Below, piece after piece: positions 1 through 10,234 of a stretch of DNA of 64,000 nt. The stretch is from positions 2,829 through 66,828 of the forward strand of contig QHTZ01000099.1 in NCBI GenBank assembly GCA_003221005.1. The letters run 5' to 3'. The stretch comes from Gemmatimonadota bacterium (lineage in GTDB: Bacteria > Gemmatimonadota > Gemmatimonadetes > Gemmatimonadales > GWC2-71-9). The translations under genes were made by a program, and so were the position numbers. Every line of letters starts with the position of its first letter. The first letter of the stretch is position 1. The notes below the pieces were generated by a model. That model saw nothing but the letters and a program-made list of their open reading frames with translations. It had not been told where the DNA came from and ran no database searches.

Positions 1-1934
1 TGGACGAGTTCGTGATGGTCCGTGTGGGCGCCCTCAAACGAGCGGTGGTCACGGGTGAAGCAGGCCCGAGCGATGACGGCCTCACGCCGCAGGACCAGCT
101 CGACGCCATCGCGATCCGCTTGCGCCCATTGCTCGAGCGCCAGGCCCGGTGTCTTGCGGCGAGCCTGGTGCCCCAGCTGGCCGAGCACGACGTCCGCATC
201 CTGCGCTGGGGCGACTTGTCCCCGCGGCAGCGCGACGCTCTGGTGCGCTATTTCGCGGAGCAGGTCTTTCCCGTCTTGACGCCGCAGGCCATAACCCGGG
301 CCCCGGGATACCCGTTCCCGCTGATCCCCAATCTCCGGCTCTCGCTCGCGGTCATGTTGCGCGATCCGAGAACGGGACCCATGCACTTCGCCTACGTCAA
401 GATTCCGGATGGCCTGCCGCGCTTCGTGAAAGTGCCCGAGGACGGAGGGCTGGTGCCCCTGGAGGATGTCGTTCGGGCCAATCTGGAGGCGATATATCCC
501 GGGCGGCGCGTCGAAGGGGCCTACGCGTTCCGCCTCACCCGCAGCGGCGAGCCCGACCCCGACGAACAGCAGGCGACGAGCCTGCTGCGGACGATCCAGG
601 AAGAGACCAAGCGTCGGCCCTACGGGCCGGCCGTGCGCCTCGAGCTGGAGCGGGCGACGCCGGCGGCGTTACGGGAGCAGCTGCTGCGGGAATTGCGGTT
701 CGAGGCCGCCGAGGACGTGAGCGCGCTCGGGCCGGGAGACGTGTACGAGGTGGACGGCATCCTGGACCTGGGAGGGTTGCGCGAGATCGCCGACCTGCCG
801 CTCGAGCAGCTGCAATACCCGGTGTTCCGTGGCCGCTCCCCGCTCCCCGCAGGACGGTCGATCTTCGATATCCTGGCCGACCGCGACGTCCTGATCCATC
901 ACCCGTACGATTCCTTCGAGGCGACGGTGGAGCGCTTGCTCGCCGAAGCGGCGGCGGACCCGGACGTGTTGGCCATCAAGCTCACGCTGTACCGGGCGGG
1001 CGGGAGGTCTGGGGTCGTCGATTCACTGCTGCAGGCGGTGCGGGCCGGCAAAGAAGTGTTCGTCTTCGTCGAGCTCAAGGCGCGGTTCGACGAGGAGCGC
1101 AACATCGAGTGGGCGAAGAAGCTCGAGGAGGCGGGGATCCACGTCGTCTACGGGCTCGTGAACCTAAAGACCCACGCCAAGACCGCGCTGGTGGTCCGCC
1201 GGGAGAAGAGCACGGTCCGGCGCTACGTGCACATCGGGACCGGCAACTACAACGCCGCGACGGCGGCCCTCTACACTGACTTGGGCTTGCTGTCGTCCGA
1301 CGAGGCGCTCGGCGCTGACTTGAATGCGCTGTTCAACGAGCTGTCGGGGTCATCCCGGGCTCCCGAGACCTCCTACCAGCAGCTGCTCGTCGCGCCGACG
1401 CACCTGCTGCCGCGCTTCATCGAGCTGATCGAGCGGGAAGCGGCACATGCCCGCGCGGGGCGCAGCGCTAGGATTTGCGTCAAGCTCAACGGCCTCACCG
1501 ATCCGGAGATGATCGCGACCCTGTATCGCGCCTCCCAGGCCGGGGTCGCGATCGACCTGATCGTGCGCGGCGTGTGCTCGCTCCGGCCCGGCGTGGCAGG
1601 CCTCTCCGAGCGGATCCGCGTCATCAGCCTGCTCGGGCGATTCCTCGAGCACGCCCGGATCTTCTATTTCGCCAACGGCGGCGAGCCGGAGTACTACATC
1701 GGCTCAGCCGACTGGCGCCCGCGGAACCTGCGCCGGCGGGTCGAGGTCGTGGCGCCCGTGCGCGATCCCGAGTGCCGCCGCCGGCTCGACGACATCCTGG
1801 CCGCGGAGCTCGCGGACCCGACGGCATGGGAGCTGTGTCCGGACGGCGGCTATCAGCGGCGCAGGCCGGAGGCGACGGGGGACCAGCGCAGCGCCCAGGA
1901 GCGATTCATCGATCTCGCCGCCCAGACGGCCTAG
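1..1934 (+). CDS. ppk1: Polyphosphate kinase 1 (5'-partial)
   Basis: Frame open from the window edge (DEFVMVRVG). PPK1 motifs HHPYDSF, ELKARFDEERNI, KTHAK, HIGTGNYN, RFLEHAR, GSADWRPRNL. Confidence 0.97.
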   Translation, partial: DEFVMVRVGALKRAVVTGEAGPSDDGLTPQDQLDAIAIRLRPLLERQARCLAASLVPQLAEHDVRILRWGDLSPRQRDALVRYFAEQVFPVLTPQAITRAPGYPFPLIPNLRLSLAVMLRDPRTGPMHFAYVKIPDGLPRFVKVPEDGGLVPLEDVVRANLEAIYPGRRVEGAYAFRLTRSGEPDPDEQQATSLLRTIQEETKRRPYGPAVRLELERATPAALREQLLRELRFEAAEDVSALGPGDVYEVDGILDLGGLREIADLPLEQLQYPVFRGRSPLPAGRSIFDILADRDVLIHHPYDSFEATVERLLAEAAADPDVLAIKLTLYRAGGRSGVVDSLLQAVRAGKEVFVFVELKARFDEERNIEWAKKLEEAGIHVVYGLVNLKTHAKTALVVRREKSTVRRYVHIGTGNYNAATAALYTDLGLLSSDEALGADLNALFNELSGSSRAPETSYQQLLVAPTHLLPRFIELIEREAAHARAGRSARICVKLNGLTDPEMIATLYRASQAGVAIDLIVRGVCSLRPGVAGLSERIRVISLLGRFLEHARIFYFANGGEPEYYIGSADWRPRNLRRRVEVVAPVRDPECRRRLDDILAAELADPTAWELCPDGGYQRRRPEATGDQRSAQERFIDLAAQTA

Positions 1935-1935
1935 G

Positions 1936-2541
1936 GTGCGGCTCCGGTTGCTGGCCGCGCTGCTCGCGCTCCCGGCGGCGCGCCTCGGCGCCCAGGGCGC
2001 GGCCTGCCGCGAGCCGCGCTACCGCTGGAGCGTCAAGACCGACACTTCCCTCGCCGCGCTCAAGCCACTGCCGGTCGCAATCCCCGTCATCCTGAGCGCT
2101 TGGGAGCCGCCGCCGCTCACCAGCCGCGATCGCTGCGCCAAACGCGGCGGACGCGAGCTTGCGCTCTACCGCGTCCAGGGCTGGGTGCGGCGCGTCGAGA
2201 AGATCAAGGACGATGGCGACTGGCACATCGAGCTCACCGATCGGCTCGATAGCCCTCGGGACTCGTGCATTGTGGCGGAGATTCCGCCGGCGCGGCTGAG
2301 CGCCCGCTACGCGCAGGCCCGCGCCGATCTCGACGCACTCCTTGGGAGCAAGAAGACGGTCAAGAACTTCAACCTCGCCCACCCCGTGCGAGTGCAGGTC
2401 ACCGGAGCCGCGTTCTACGACGGCCAGCACCGGCGCCGCAGGGGTGGGCTGGAGTGGCTCGACGGGGAGCACGGCCGCTGCAACTCGTCGGCGCGGGCGT
2501 TGTGGGAGATCCATCCGGTGTATCGAGTCGAGCGCCCGTGA
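1936..2541 (+). CDS. Secreted hypothetical protein (RWxVKT / DGDWHI / WEIHPV motifs, OB-fold-like)
   Basis: GTG start 1 nt after the ppk1 stop. Signal peptide and conserved-looking motifs. Fold assignment is inference. Confidence 0.7.
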   Translation: MRLRLLAALLALPAARLGAQGAACREPRYRWSVKTDTSLAALKPLPVAIPVILSAWEPPPLTSRDRCAKRGGRELALYRVQGWVRRVEKIKDDGDWHIELTDRLDSPRDSCIVAEIPPARLSARYAQARADLDALLGSKKTVKNFNLAHPVRVQVTGAAFYDGQHRRRRGGLEWLDGEHGRCNSSARALWEIHPVYRVERP

Positions 2542-2599
2542 CTCGGCTGACTCCAGTCCTCTGGCAACGCCCGCTCGGTCACGATACGTTCGCGTCGGC

Positions 2600-5599
2600 A
2601 TGGCGTACTGTTCCGAGTGCTCTGCTCCGCTGCCGGCGGACGCGCTGGCGTGCCCCGCTTGCGGGGCCATGACCGGTGCGCGGGCGCACGCCGAGGACGA
2701 GCGCGTGGACGTCCCGCCGTTCGACCTCGCCCGCCTGCGGAGTGAGCTCGCCGCCTCGGTCGCCCCCCGCTACGAGGTGCTGAAGCAGCTAGGAGGCGGT
2801 GGGATGGGTACTGTGTTTCTCGCGCGCGAGCCCGCGCTCAAACGCCTCGTCGCCATCAAGGTGCTGGCTCCCAGCCTCGCGGCAGACCAGACCGCCGTGG
2901 CGCGCTTTGAGAGAGAGGCGCGCATGGCCGCGGCCCTTTCTCATCCGAACGTCGTCCAGGTCTATGGGGTGGGCGAGACGAATGCGGCGAAGCTCCCGTA
3001 CATCGTCATGCAGTACGTCGCCGGGAAGCCCCTGGACGTACTGATTGCCGAATGGAAGGCCGAAGCGGAGAAGCAGGGGACCGGGGTCGGGGAACGGGAC
3101 GCCCGGCGGATTCTGGGCGAGGTCGCGGCCGCACTTGCGGTGGCGCACGAGCGGGACTTCGTCCACCGTGACGTCAAGCCGTCCAACATCATGGTCGAAG
3201 CCGCGGCCGGTCGCGCCATCGTGGTGGACTTCGGTGTGGCGGCCGCGGCTTCCGCTGCCGCTCGATCCGACTACCCGGCACTCACGGCCCGTGGCCTGCT
3301 TTTCGGTACCCTCGAGTATATGAGTCCCGAACAGGCGGAGGGCGGCGTCGTGGACGCGAAGAGCGACGTGTACAGCCTCGGGCTCGTCGCCTACGAGTTG
3401 CTGTCGGGGGAACTCCCGTACTGGGCGGGGTCCGTTTCTGGGTGGATTGAGGCCCACGCGAAGACTGTGCCCGCGCCGCTCAGCCGGCGCCGACCGGACC
3501 TCTCGCCCGCGCTCACAGGCCTGGTGAGTCGCTGCCTCGCGAAAAGCCCCGTGCACCGTCCGAGTGCCGCGGAGGTCGCTCACGCGCTGCTCCCTTCGAC
3601 GGAAGCGGACCCGCAATGGCCCCCGCCCGGCCTTGGAGCCCTGCGGGGTCGGGCGAGGACCCTGGGTGGCGTCGCCCTCGGCGCCACGGCAGCGGGACTC
3701 GTCGCCTTCCTCGTGCTGGCGGCCCCGCCCGACGCCATAAGCTTCGGTGCGGACTGGTGGATTCGATTCCGGCCGGTTCAGGAGGCGGCTGCCACGGCGC
3801 TCGGCGTGCGAAGTGTAGCGTCGACCGACGGCTCGGCGGCTGCGGCCCTCTGGCGGATCGTGGTCTGCGCCGGAATCGGGGGCTTCGTCATCGGCCTGTG
3901 GACGGTTCTCGCCCTAGCCGGAGGCGCGCTGCCTGTTCTCGTGCGGGGTCATCGAGTCGGCTGGACGTGGGACACCTTGACCGACGTGGCGGCCGACCCC
4001 GATGGTCGTACCGGCCTGCTGCTCGCGGGAGCGCGGGAGTGTGCGTATCTGCCGGCCTTCGATCGGCACGACATCCTGAATGAGCGCCGGCGGCGGGCCG
4101 CCGCGTGGCTGTGCGCCGGAGTCTGGGGACTCCTCAGCTTCGCGATCTGGGGGACGCTCGTTGCGACCGGTCTCCTCGCGGTTCTCGGCCTGTCCACGGT
4201 GGAGGGACTTGTCGTAGCGGCGCTTATCGCGGGCCCAGCGGCGGCGTGCTCGGCCCCTGGCCTCGCCGCTCGTCGGCGGGAGCGGCGCCTCCTCGGCGCT
4301 CTGAGCACGCGCGGAATACCCACGCCGTCCGCGCGCGGCGTCGCCCCGGTGGCAACTCCCCAGGCGGTGGCCGAGTGGTACGCCGGGGTCCCTGACGCCG
4401 GCTCTCCGGCTCTTGCTCGCCGTGGCGCGCTCGGTCTCGTGCTCAGCGGGGCTTGGTTGGCGGCGGCGGTCGCCGCCGCACTCGTGAGCCTCGGGCTCGG
4501 CGGGGTTGCGCTGGCCGCAGTGACTGCCGGGGCGGTGAGGCGGCAGCTCGCCGTTCAGGTCTCCGAGGTTCCTGCCACCCTGCGTCACCTCGACGAGGAG
4601 GATGCGGTTGGCGCTGCACGACCCGTGTGGGAGTCGTACCTTCCGCGGCCAAGGCGCGTCAGTGACAGCGTGGTGAACACTTGGGTCCGCGATCTAGCCG
4701 CCCAGCCTCCCAAGCTACGTGTCGAGCTACTCCGAAGCGGCGACTCCCTCCTTCCTCTTCTTCAAGCTGCTGGTCGGCGCGGGCTTTCGGCTGACACGCG
4801 GCAGGCGCTCGCGGCCCTGGTGCAGCTGCCCTGGGTGGGCGCGGTGCGCCAGATGGCCGCCGCCGAGTCCGTGGACGTCTTCGCTGCGGCGCTCGGCGGG
4901 CCCGTGTCTGAAATCCCGGCGCCGGCTGACGTGGCGGCGCGAATGCTTCAGCTGCAGCGACCCTTGCGTGACTGGGCGATGGCCAATGCCCTGGCCGCGG
5001 TCTTGGCCGTGGGGGACGGAGCGCTCGATCGCGCGGCCGCGCGGTTGGGGGAGAACGCTGCGCTGGCCGGGCACCTGCTTCGCGCCCCCGACGGGTCTGT
5101 GAATTCTTTGAACAGTTTCGGACTCGTGGTGCTCCAGAACCTCGCGTTGCGGCCGCTCGCCGTGATCGAGGAGTTGCGCCAGCGGCCCGTGCAGGCGCGT
5201 GCCCTGCGGGAGGCCGCGGATCGGTTGAGCCGCTATCTCGGCGAGCGGCCGGGGTGGAAGCAAGCGGCTGGGCTGGCCGGTGACCCGGGCGACCTCGGGC
5301 CTTTCACCCGGATCCTGGGCGATCAGCACCTCCTCCCCGGACATCGAGTGGAGCTGCTCCGGGCGGGCTTGGACGGCTTCTGCGCCAACGCACGCGAGAT
5401 CCTCACCGGCCCTGCCGCGCCCCGCGCGGAAAACGTGCGTGCCGCAGGCGCTGCCATGCCAGGCGTGCGCTACGCACCGGAGCTCGCTGCGTTGGTGCTC
5501 CGGGCCTGGCCCGAGCCGAGCGCGTCCCCGGGGGGCCGGCTGTTCCAGTGGGGGCCCCGCGGAACGTGGGCGCGCCTGGTGTTCTGCCGGCGGCTGTAG
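2600..5599 (+). CDS. Ser/Thr protein kinase with N-terminal zinc ribbon and C-terminal membrane region
   Basis: ATG 2600 (MAYCSEC...CPAC). LGGGGMGTV, AIK, HRDVKPSN, DFG, YMSPE; several hydrophobic helices follow. Confidence 0.9.
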   Translation: MAYCSECSAPLPADALACPACGAMTGARAHAEDERVDVPPFDLARLRSELAASVAPRYEVLKQLGGGGMGTVFLAREPALKRLVAIKVLAPSLAADQTAVARFEREARMAAALSHPNVVQVYGVGETNAAKLPYIVMQYVAGKPLDVLIAEWKAEAEKQGTGVGERDARRILGEVAAALAVAHERDFVHRDVKPSNIMVEAAAGRAIVVDFGVAAAASAAARSDYPALTARGLLFGTLEYMSPEQAEGGVVDAKSDVYSLGLVAYELLSGELPYWAGSVSGWIEAHAKTVPAPLSRRRPDLSPALTGLVSRCLAKSPVHRPSAAEVAHALLPSTEADPQWPPPGLGALRGRARTLGGVALGATAAGLVAFLVLAAPPDAISFGADWWIRFRPVQEAAATALGVRSVASTDGSAAAALWRIVVCAGIGGFVIGLWTVLALAGGALPVLVRGHRVGWTWDTLTDVAADPDGRTGLLLAGARECAYLPAFDRHDILNERRRRAAAWLCAGVWGLLSFAIWGTLVATGLLAVLGLSTVEGLVVAALIAGPAAACSAPGLAARRRERRLLGALSTRGIPTPSARGVAPVATPQAVAEWYAGVPDAGSPALARRGALGLVLSGAWLAAAVAAALVSLGLGGVALAAVTAGAVRRQLAVQVSEVPATLRHLDEEDAVGAARPVWESYLPRPRRVSDSVVNTWVRDLAAQPPKLRVELLRSGDSLLPLLQAAGRRGLSADTRQALAALVQLPWVGAVRQMAAAESVDVFAAALGGPVSEIPAPADVAARMLQLQRPLRDWAMANALAAVLAVGDGALDRAAARLGENAALAGHLLRAPDGSVNSLNSFGLVVLQNLALRPLAVIEELRQRPVQARALREAADRLSRYLGERPGWKQAAGLAGDPGDLGPFTRILGDQHLLPGHRVELLRAGLDGFCANAREILTGPAAPRAENVRAAGAAMPGVRYAPELAALVLRAWPEPSASPGGRLFQWGPRGTWARLVFCRRL

Positions 5600-5804
5600 T
5601 CAATGAGTCGCGCCCTTTGGTTGGGGAAGGAGTCCCACGCTCGGCGCCCTCGCCACACTGATCCGCTCCCTTGACCTCAGCCGTTATGCGTGAACGTTTC
5701 AACTAATGACGGTGCCCTTTCCCATGCTCTCCTGGGGTGGGTTTAGGGGACGTGCAGGTGGTAGGCTTGCTGCTTTCAGAAACGTGAGGCTGGGGAGGTG
5801 CCGC

Positions 5805-7427
5805 ATGGTTCGTCTCCTGGCGATTCTCTGCGGGGTTGTGTCGCTGAGTGGCCTGCTGGGCGGATGCCGCGATGACCCGAGTGCTCCGTTCGCGCGGCCG
5901 TCGTTCGCAAGTACAACGATTGGAGGTGGGGGATTCGACGGCGCCAATAATGCCGGAGTCATTCCCGGAACTGAGTGGGCGCCCCACGGGTGGGAACCCG
6001 CACGCGACGTGAATGCCTTCGACGTCTGCTTTGCTCAGGGGTTTTGCTTTGCAGGCACCACCATCGAGCCACAGTTTTCCGCGGTCGGTAGTGTCGGCGC
6101 GGTGCTGGGTGCAGCCCCGAACCCACTTCCTAACCCCGGTTCGGAGTGCCGCGATCCGCGTGATAATCCAGACGACCCTAACGATAATCTCCCTCCAGTG
6201 CCTGACTGCTTTGCGCTCCTTACGACGGCGAATTTTTTCCGGGGCAGTCCCGACCCCGTCATCAACTTGCGCAGCGGGCTCCAAACGTGCTTTACCCTGC
6301 CCGCTAACACGGGTTGGGTGATGAATTTCGATTGGGCGCTCCTGTCGCGCGCTCCCGCGACTTCTCCGAGCACGGATGCATTCGCGGTCGTGCTGGTCGA
6401 GGAGGCCAGCACGTGTTTCACCGCCCCGGTGGCACCGCTTGAGGCGTTCCGGATCTCGCGGAGCGAACTGCAGCAAGGCGCGGTGCCGTTGAAGGAGGGC
6501 GGCTGCGGTAGCCTCACCCTCGGTGGCGTGCCTTCCGAATACCCACTCTGCACGGGATGGCAGAATTCCTCGATCGACATGTCTGCGTTCGCTGGGAAGC
6601 TGGTCCAGGTCTGGCTCTACGTGGACGAAGGCGGGATCGACCCAGGCGTCGCCACCTCGTTCGCGATCGACAACCTGAAGTTTGAAGAGACCGTACTGGT
6701 CGGTCCCGTGACAGGACCCGCGGAGCCGCTACCGGTGAATACGGTCGTCAACGCATCGGCGAATTTTACGGACACAGAAGTCCTGCCCCACACCGCGAGC
6801 ATCGACTGGGGAGATGGCACGAGTTCCGCCGCTGACGTTACCGAGCCGGCAGGCTCGTCGCCGGGCTCTGCGAGCGGTAGCCATTCGTACACAACGGCCG
6901 GCATTTATTCCGTAACCATATCCGTTTCTGATGGCTCCGGGTCTCCCGGGAAGTCGAGTTTCGACTTCGTCGTCGTGTTTGACCTGACGGGAGGGGTCGC
7001 TGGGTGCGGTTGGATCGACTCTCCAGCGGGCGCGTATCCGCGGGATCCGACTCTGACGGGGAGGGCGAGGTTCGCGTTCCTCTCCCGGTACCCAAGGGGC
7101 TCCACCGTACCGAACGGCGTCACGTTCTTCCGGTTCCGCGCTGGCAATCTACGGTTTAGGAGCACGAGCTACGCCTGGCTCGCGATCGTAGGCGCCAAGG
7201 CCCAATACAAGGGCGTTGGGCTCATCAACGGTGGGGGAGACTTCGGGCTCCTTGTTTCGGCCATCGACGGACAGTTGCCAGGCGGCGGTGGCGTTGACAA
7301 ACTCCGGATCAAGATCTGGCAGCGACGCACCTTACGTGTCGCATACGACAATCAGGCCGGGGCGCCGGACGGCGCAGAACCCGTTGCGCCACTGGCGCTG
7401 GGGCGCATTGTGATTCGCAACAGATAG
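5805..7427 (+). CDS. PKD-domain secreted protein / probable lipoprotein
   Basis: Signal peptide ending LGGC. PKD motif IDWGDG...SHSYTTAGIYSVTISVSD. C-terminal beta domain GWIDSPAGAY...KLRIKIW...YDNQ. Start uncertain (5706 possible). Confidence 0.8.
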   Translation: MVRLLAILCGVVSLSGLLGGCRDDPSAPFARPSFASTTIGGGGFDGANNAGVIPGTEWAPHGWEPARDVNAFDVCFAQGFCFAGTTIEPQFSAVGSVGAVLGAAPNPLPNPGSECRDPRDNPDDPNDNLPPVPDCFALLTTANFFRGSPDPVINLRSGLQTCFTLPANTGWVMNFDWALLSRAPATSPSTDAFAVVLVEEASTCFTAPVAPLEAFRISRSELQQGAVPLKEGGCGSLTLGGVPSEYPLCTGWQNSSIDMSAFAGKLVQVWLYVDEGGIDPGVATSFAIDNLKFEETVLVGPVTGPAEPLPVNTVVNASANFTDTEVLPHTASIDWGDGTSSAADVTEPAGSSPGSASGSHSYTTAGIYSVTISVSDGSGSPGKSSFDFVVVFDLTGGVAGCGWIDSPAGAYPRDPTLTGRARFAFLSRYPRGSTVPNGVTFFRFRAGNLRFRSTSYAWLAIVGAKAQYKGVGLINGGGDFGLLVSAIDGQLPGGGGVDKLRIKIWQRRTLRVAYDNQAGAPDGAEPVAPLALGRIVIRNR

Positions 7428-7501
7428 CTGCGAAGTCGCGCGGATTGGTTATCGAGTGCCAGTGTCTACCGGCTGGCACTCGATTCATATGGGAGTTCTG
7501 C

Positions 7502-10138
7502 ATGGCGCGTGGCGCAGATCAGCGCTGGCACCGCGCACCGGCATGGCTGTGCATCGCGGCCAGCCTGTGCGTGGCTCTCCCGGCCCTGCCCGCACTTCCG
7601 TCACTCTCCTGCCAGGTTACGGGGTTAGTGACCGCTCGAGACTCGGCCGACGCGACCGCCCGGGATGGGGATGCCGCCTACGAGCTGGGCACAAAGCAAG
7701 GAGCCGAGTCATCGATCCTCCACTATCTGCGTGCCGCAGAATCTTATCGCCGGATCGGCGCGCTGCCTCAGATGGCGGAGATGCTCAGCAACATCGCGTA
7801 TGTGCATAACAGCCTCGGTAGGCCGGACTCTGCGCTTGTCTATTACAGCCGGCTCATCGTGCTCCTCCGCGAATCCCACCAACGCGCCGGCTTGGGCGAG
7901 GCGCTCAGCCGAGTGGGAGAGGTCTACCATGGGCTAGGGCAAATGGACTCGGCCCTTTTCCACTACCGAAACGCCCTCGTCCTCGCACGGGAAGCGCAAG
8001 ATCGTCGAACCGAGGGTCGAACGCTCAGTAACATCGGGGTCGCGTTCCAAGCGCTCGGCCGTCCCGACTCCGCGCTCGGTTACCTCAACCGTGCGTTGGT
8101 AATTAGGCAGCAGCTCGGTGACAGCGTGGGGGAAGGCGTCACGCTCAACAATCTCGCGATGGTGCTTCAGTTGCTGGGCCGTCCGGATTCCGCGCTCGTT
8201 TACCTGCGTCACTCCCTGTTGCTCCGCCGCGCGGTGAAGGACCGCGCCGGAGAAGGGACGACGCTGAACAACATCGGCTATTCCTTCGAGCAGCTTGCTC
8301 AGCGCGACTCCGCTCTCGCCTACTACCGCGAGGCCCTGCTGGTACTCCGCGAAGTCGGGCGGCGTTGGACCGTGGGCATTACCCTGGCCAACATGGGTCG
8401 CGTGTGGCTCGAGCTTGGGCGGCTCGACTCGGCGTTGGTTTACTTGAACGAGGGACTGGGCTTGAAGCGGGAGGTCGGAGACAAAGCCGGCGAGACGTGG
8501 GCTTTGAATGACCTCGGTCGGGTTTATCAGTCCCTCGGCCAGCCCGATACGGCAGTGAGACTTCTGAACCAGGCGCTTGCTCTGCTGCGCGAGGTCGGCG
8601 ATCGCGCGCGCGAGGGAGAAACGCTCTACAACCTTGCTCAGGTGTTTCACCGCTCCAAACGTGACTTCCGAGCCGCCGTCGCGTACTACGATTCCGCCTC
8701 AGCTACGCGGGCTCAAGTCGGCCGTTTCGCCGGCGGCGACGCTAACCGCCTGAGCTTCGCCGAGCAGGACGTCCAGCTCTACCAGAACTGGGCGCTGGCG
8801 TGGCTCGCATGGCCGAACGGCGTGGGCGGCGTGAGTGCGGAGGCGGGCGCCAGGGCTTCGCTGGCGGCGGCAGAGCGCGGCCGGGCGCAGGCACTCCTGG
8901 ACCTGATGCGCGGGACGTCTCGGGAAACCGGCCCAGGCCGGGACCTCGCCACCGAAGGTGGGCAACTCCTGGCGCGCGCCACCCACGGCGGCGCCGCCGT
9001 GCTCTCCTACCTCGTCACTCAAGACACGCTGTTGTTGTGGGTGGGGGTGCCTGGGGGCGAGGTCGTCGTCGTGCGCCGCGCCCTGCCGCGCGACACGCTG
9101 GCGCAGCTCGTCGGGGCGTTTCGCGCTGCGCTCGGAGCGGGTGAGCGTGCGGGTCGCGGGCGGCTTGCGTTGCGGGGCGGCGGGCCGGTCGAAGGCGTGG
9201 CGTTCGGGGGGCTTGGCGTCCGGCAAGTGAACACATCGTCCCTCGACTCCGTCGCCCACACGCTGAGCGCGCTGCTGTTGCCGCCTGGCCTCGGGCAACG
9301 CCTGGGGGCGGCCCGGGAGATCGTGGTGGTGCCGCACGGGTCGCTGGGGTTAGTGCCGTTCGCGGCGCTGTTCCTCGACTCAAGCGCCGCGCCGCTCGGC
9401 AATCGCTACGCGGTGCGGTATGCCCCGTCGCTCGCCGCCCTGGGCGAAGCGGAAGCCCGAGCTGGCTTGCCCACGGGCTCGGCCCAGACTACAGCGCTTC
9501 GCACGGCGCTCGTGGTAGGGAATCCCGTGATGCCGACGAAGTCGAGCTCCGGCGAGACGTTTGCGCTCGGGCCGCTGCCGCAGGCCGAAGCCGAGGGGCG
9601 GTGGGTGGCCCAGCGGCTTGGGACGCCAGTTCTGGTCGGCGCCCAGGCCTCCGAAGCCCAGGTGCGGGGGCGCCTGCCCCGGGCAGCCGTCGTTCACCTC
9701 GCCACGCACGGCTACGCGTATGCCGCCGAAGCCCGCGCGCGCCAGTCGTTCATCGCCTTGGCACCCGGGGCCGGCCAGGACGGCTTCCTAACGGTTGGGG
9801 AGGTGTTGGACGATCCGGCGTTCAAGCTCCGTGCCGACCTCGTGGTGTTGAGCGCCTGCCAAACCGGCCTCGGTGACTTGAAGCAGGCCGAGGGGACTGT
9901 GGGGCTGCAGCGCGCGTTCCTCGCCAAGGGCGCCCGCAGCGTGCTGGTGAGTCTGTGGAGTGTGTCGGACGAGGCGACAGCGCTGTTAATGAAACACTTC
10001 TACACCCACTGGCTCGGCGACACGGATCATCCGTCGAAGGCGGAGGCGCTCAGGCGGGCGCAGGAGGACGTGCGCGCCCGGCCAGAGTTCCACGAGCCCA
10101 AGTATTGGGCGGCGTTCGAGCTGGTGGGGGCGGGGTGA
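7502..10138 (+). CDS. TPR-CHAT (caspase HetF-associated) protease, exported
   Basis: Hydrophobic N-terminus, about 8 TPR repeats (recurring GRPDSALxY), CHAT motifs VVPHGSLGLVPF, HLATHG, LVVLSACQTG, SLWSV, PKYWAAF. Confidence 0.93.
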   Translation: MARGADQRWHRAPAWLCIAASLCVALPALPALPSLSCQVTGLVTARDSADATARDGDAAYELGTKQGAESSILHYLRAAESYRRIGALPQMAEMLSNIAYVHNSLGRPDSALVYYSRLIVLLRESHQRAGLGEALSRVGEVYHGLGQMDSALFHYRNALVLAREAQDRRTEGRTLSNIGVAFQALGRPDSALGYLNRALVIRQQLGDSVGEGVTLNNLAMVLQLLGRPDSALVYLRHSLLLRRAVKDRAGEGTTLNNIGYSFEQLAQRDSALAYYREALLVLREVGRRWTVGITLANMGRVWLELGRLDSALVYLNEGLGLKREVGDKAGETWALNDLGRVYQSLGQPDTAVRLLNQALALLREVGDRAREGETLYNLAQVFHRSKRDFRAAVAYYDSASATRAQVGRFAGGDANRLSFAEQDVQLYQNWALAWLAWPNGVGGVSAEAGARASLAAAERGRAQALLDLMRGTSRETGPGRDLATEGGQLLARATHGGAAVLSYLVTQDTLLLWVGVPGGEVVVVRRALPRDTLAQLVGAFRAALGAGERAGRGRLALRGGGPVEGVAFGGLGVRQVNTSSLDSVAHTLSALLLPPGLGQRLGAAREIVVVPHGSLGLVPFAALFLDSSAAPLGNRYAVRYAPSLAALGEAEARAGLPTGSAQTTALRTALVVGNPVMPTKSSSGETFALGPLPQAEAEGRWVAQRLGTPVLVGAQASEAQVRGRLPRAAVVHLATHGYAYAAEARARQSFIALAPGAGQDGFLTVGEVLDDPAFKLRADLVVLSACQTGLGDLKQAEGTVGLQRAFLAKGARSVLVSLWSVSDEATALLMKHFYTHWLGDTDHPSKAEALRRAQEDVRARPEFHEPKYWAAFELVGAG

Positions 10139-10234
10139 TGCATCCGGCGGCCGCGCGTTGACAGCTCTCGCCGACCGTGGCCAATTGAGACCGAGTCCGA
10201 TGGACGGAGTGCTTCTGTGGCGAGGAGGTGAGGC

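Noticed and set aside
2342-2599. N-terminal extensions in the ORF track (2342, 11993, 12673, 13656, 17777, 18538, 42168, 45041)
   Set aside because: They overlap neighbouring genes; downstream starts fit RBS, stop-start coupling and domain boundaries better.
7760-8660. Repeated nucleotide blocks at about 120-bp period as a CRISPR-like array
   Set aside because: They are coding TPR repeats (GRPDSAL); no cas genes and no identical repeats.
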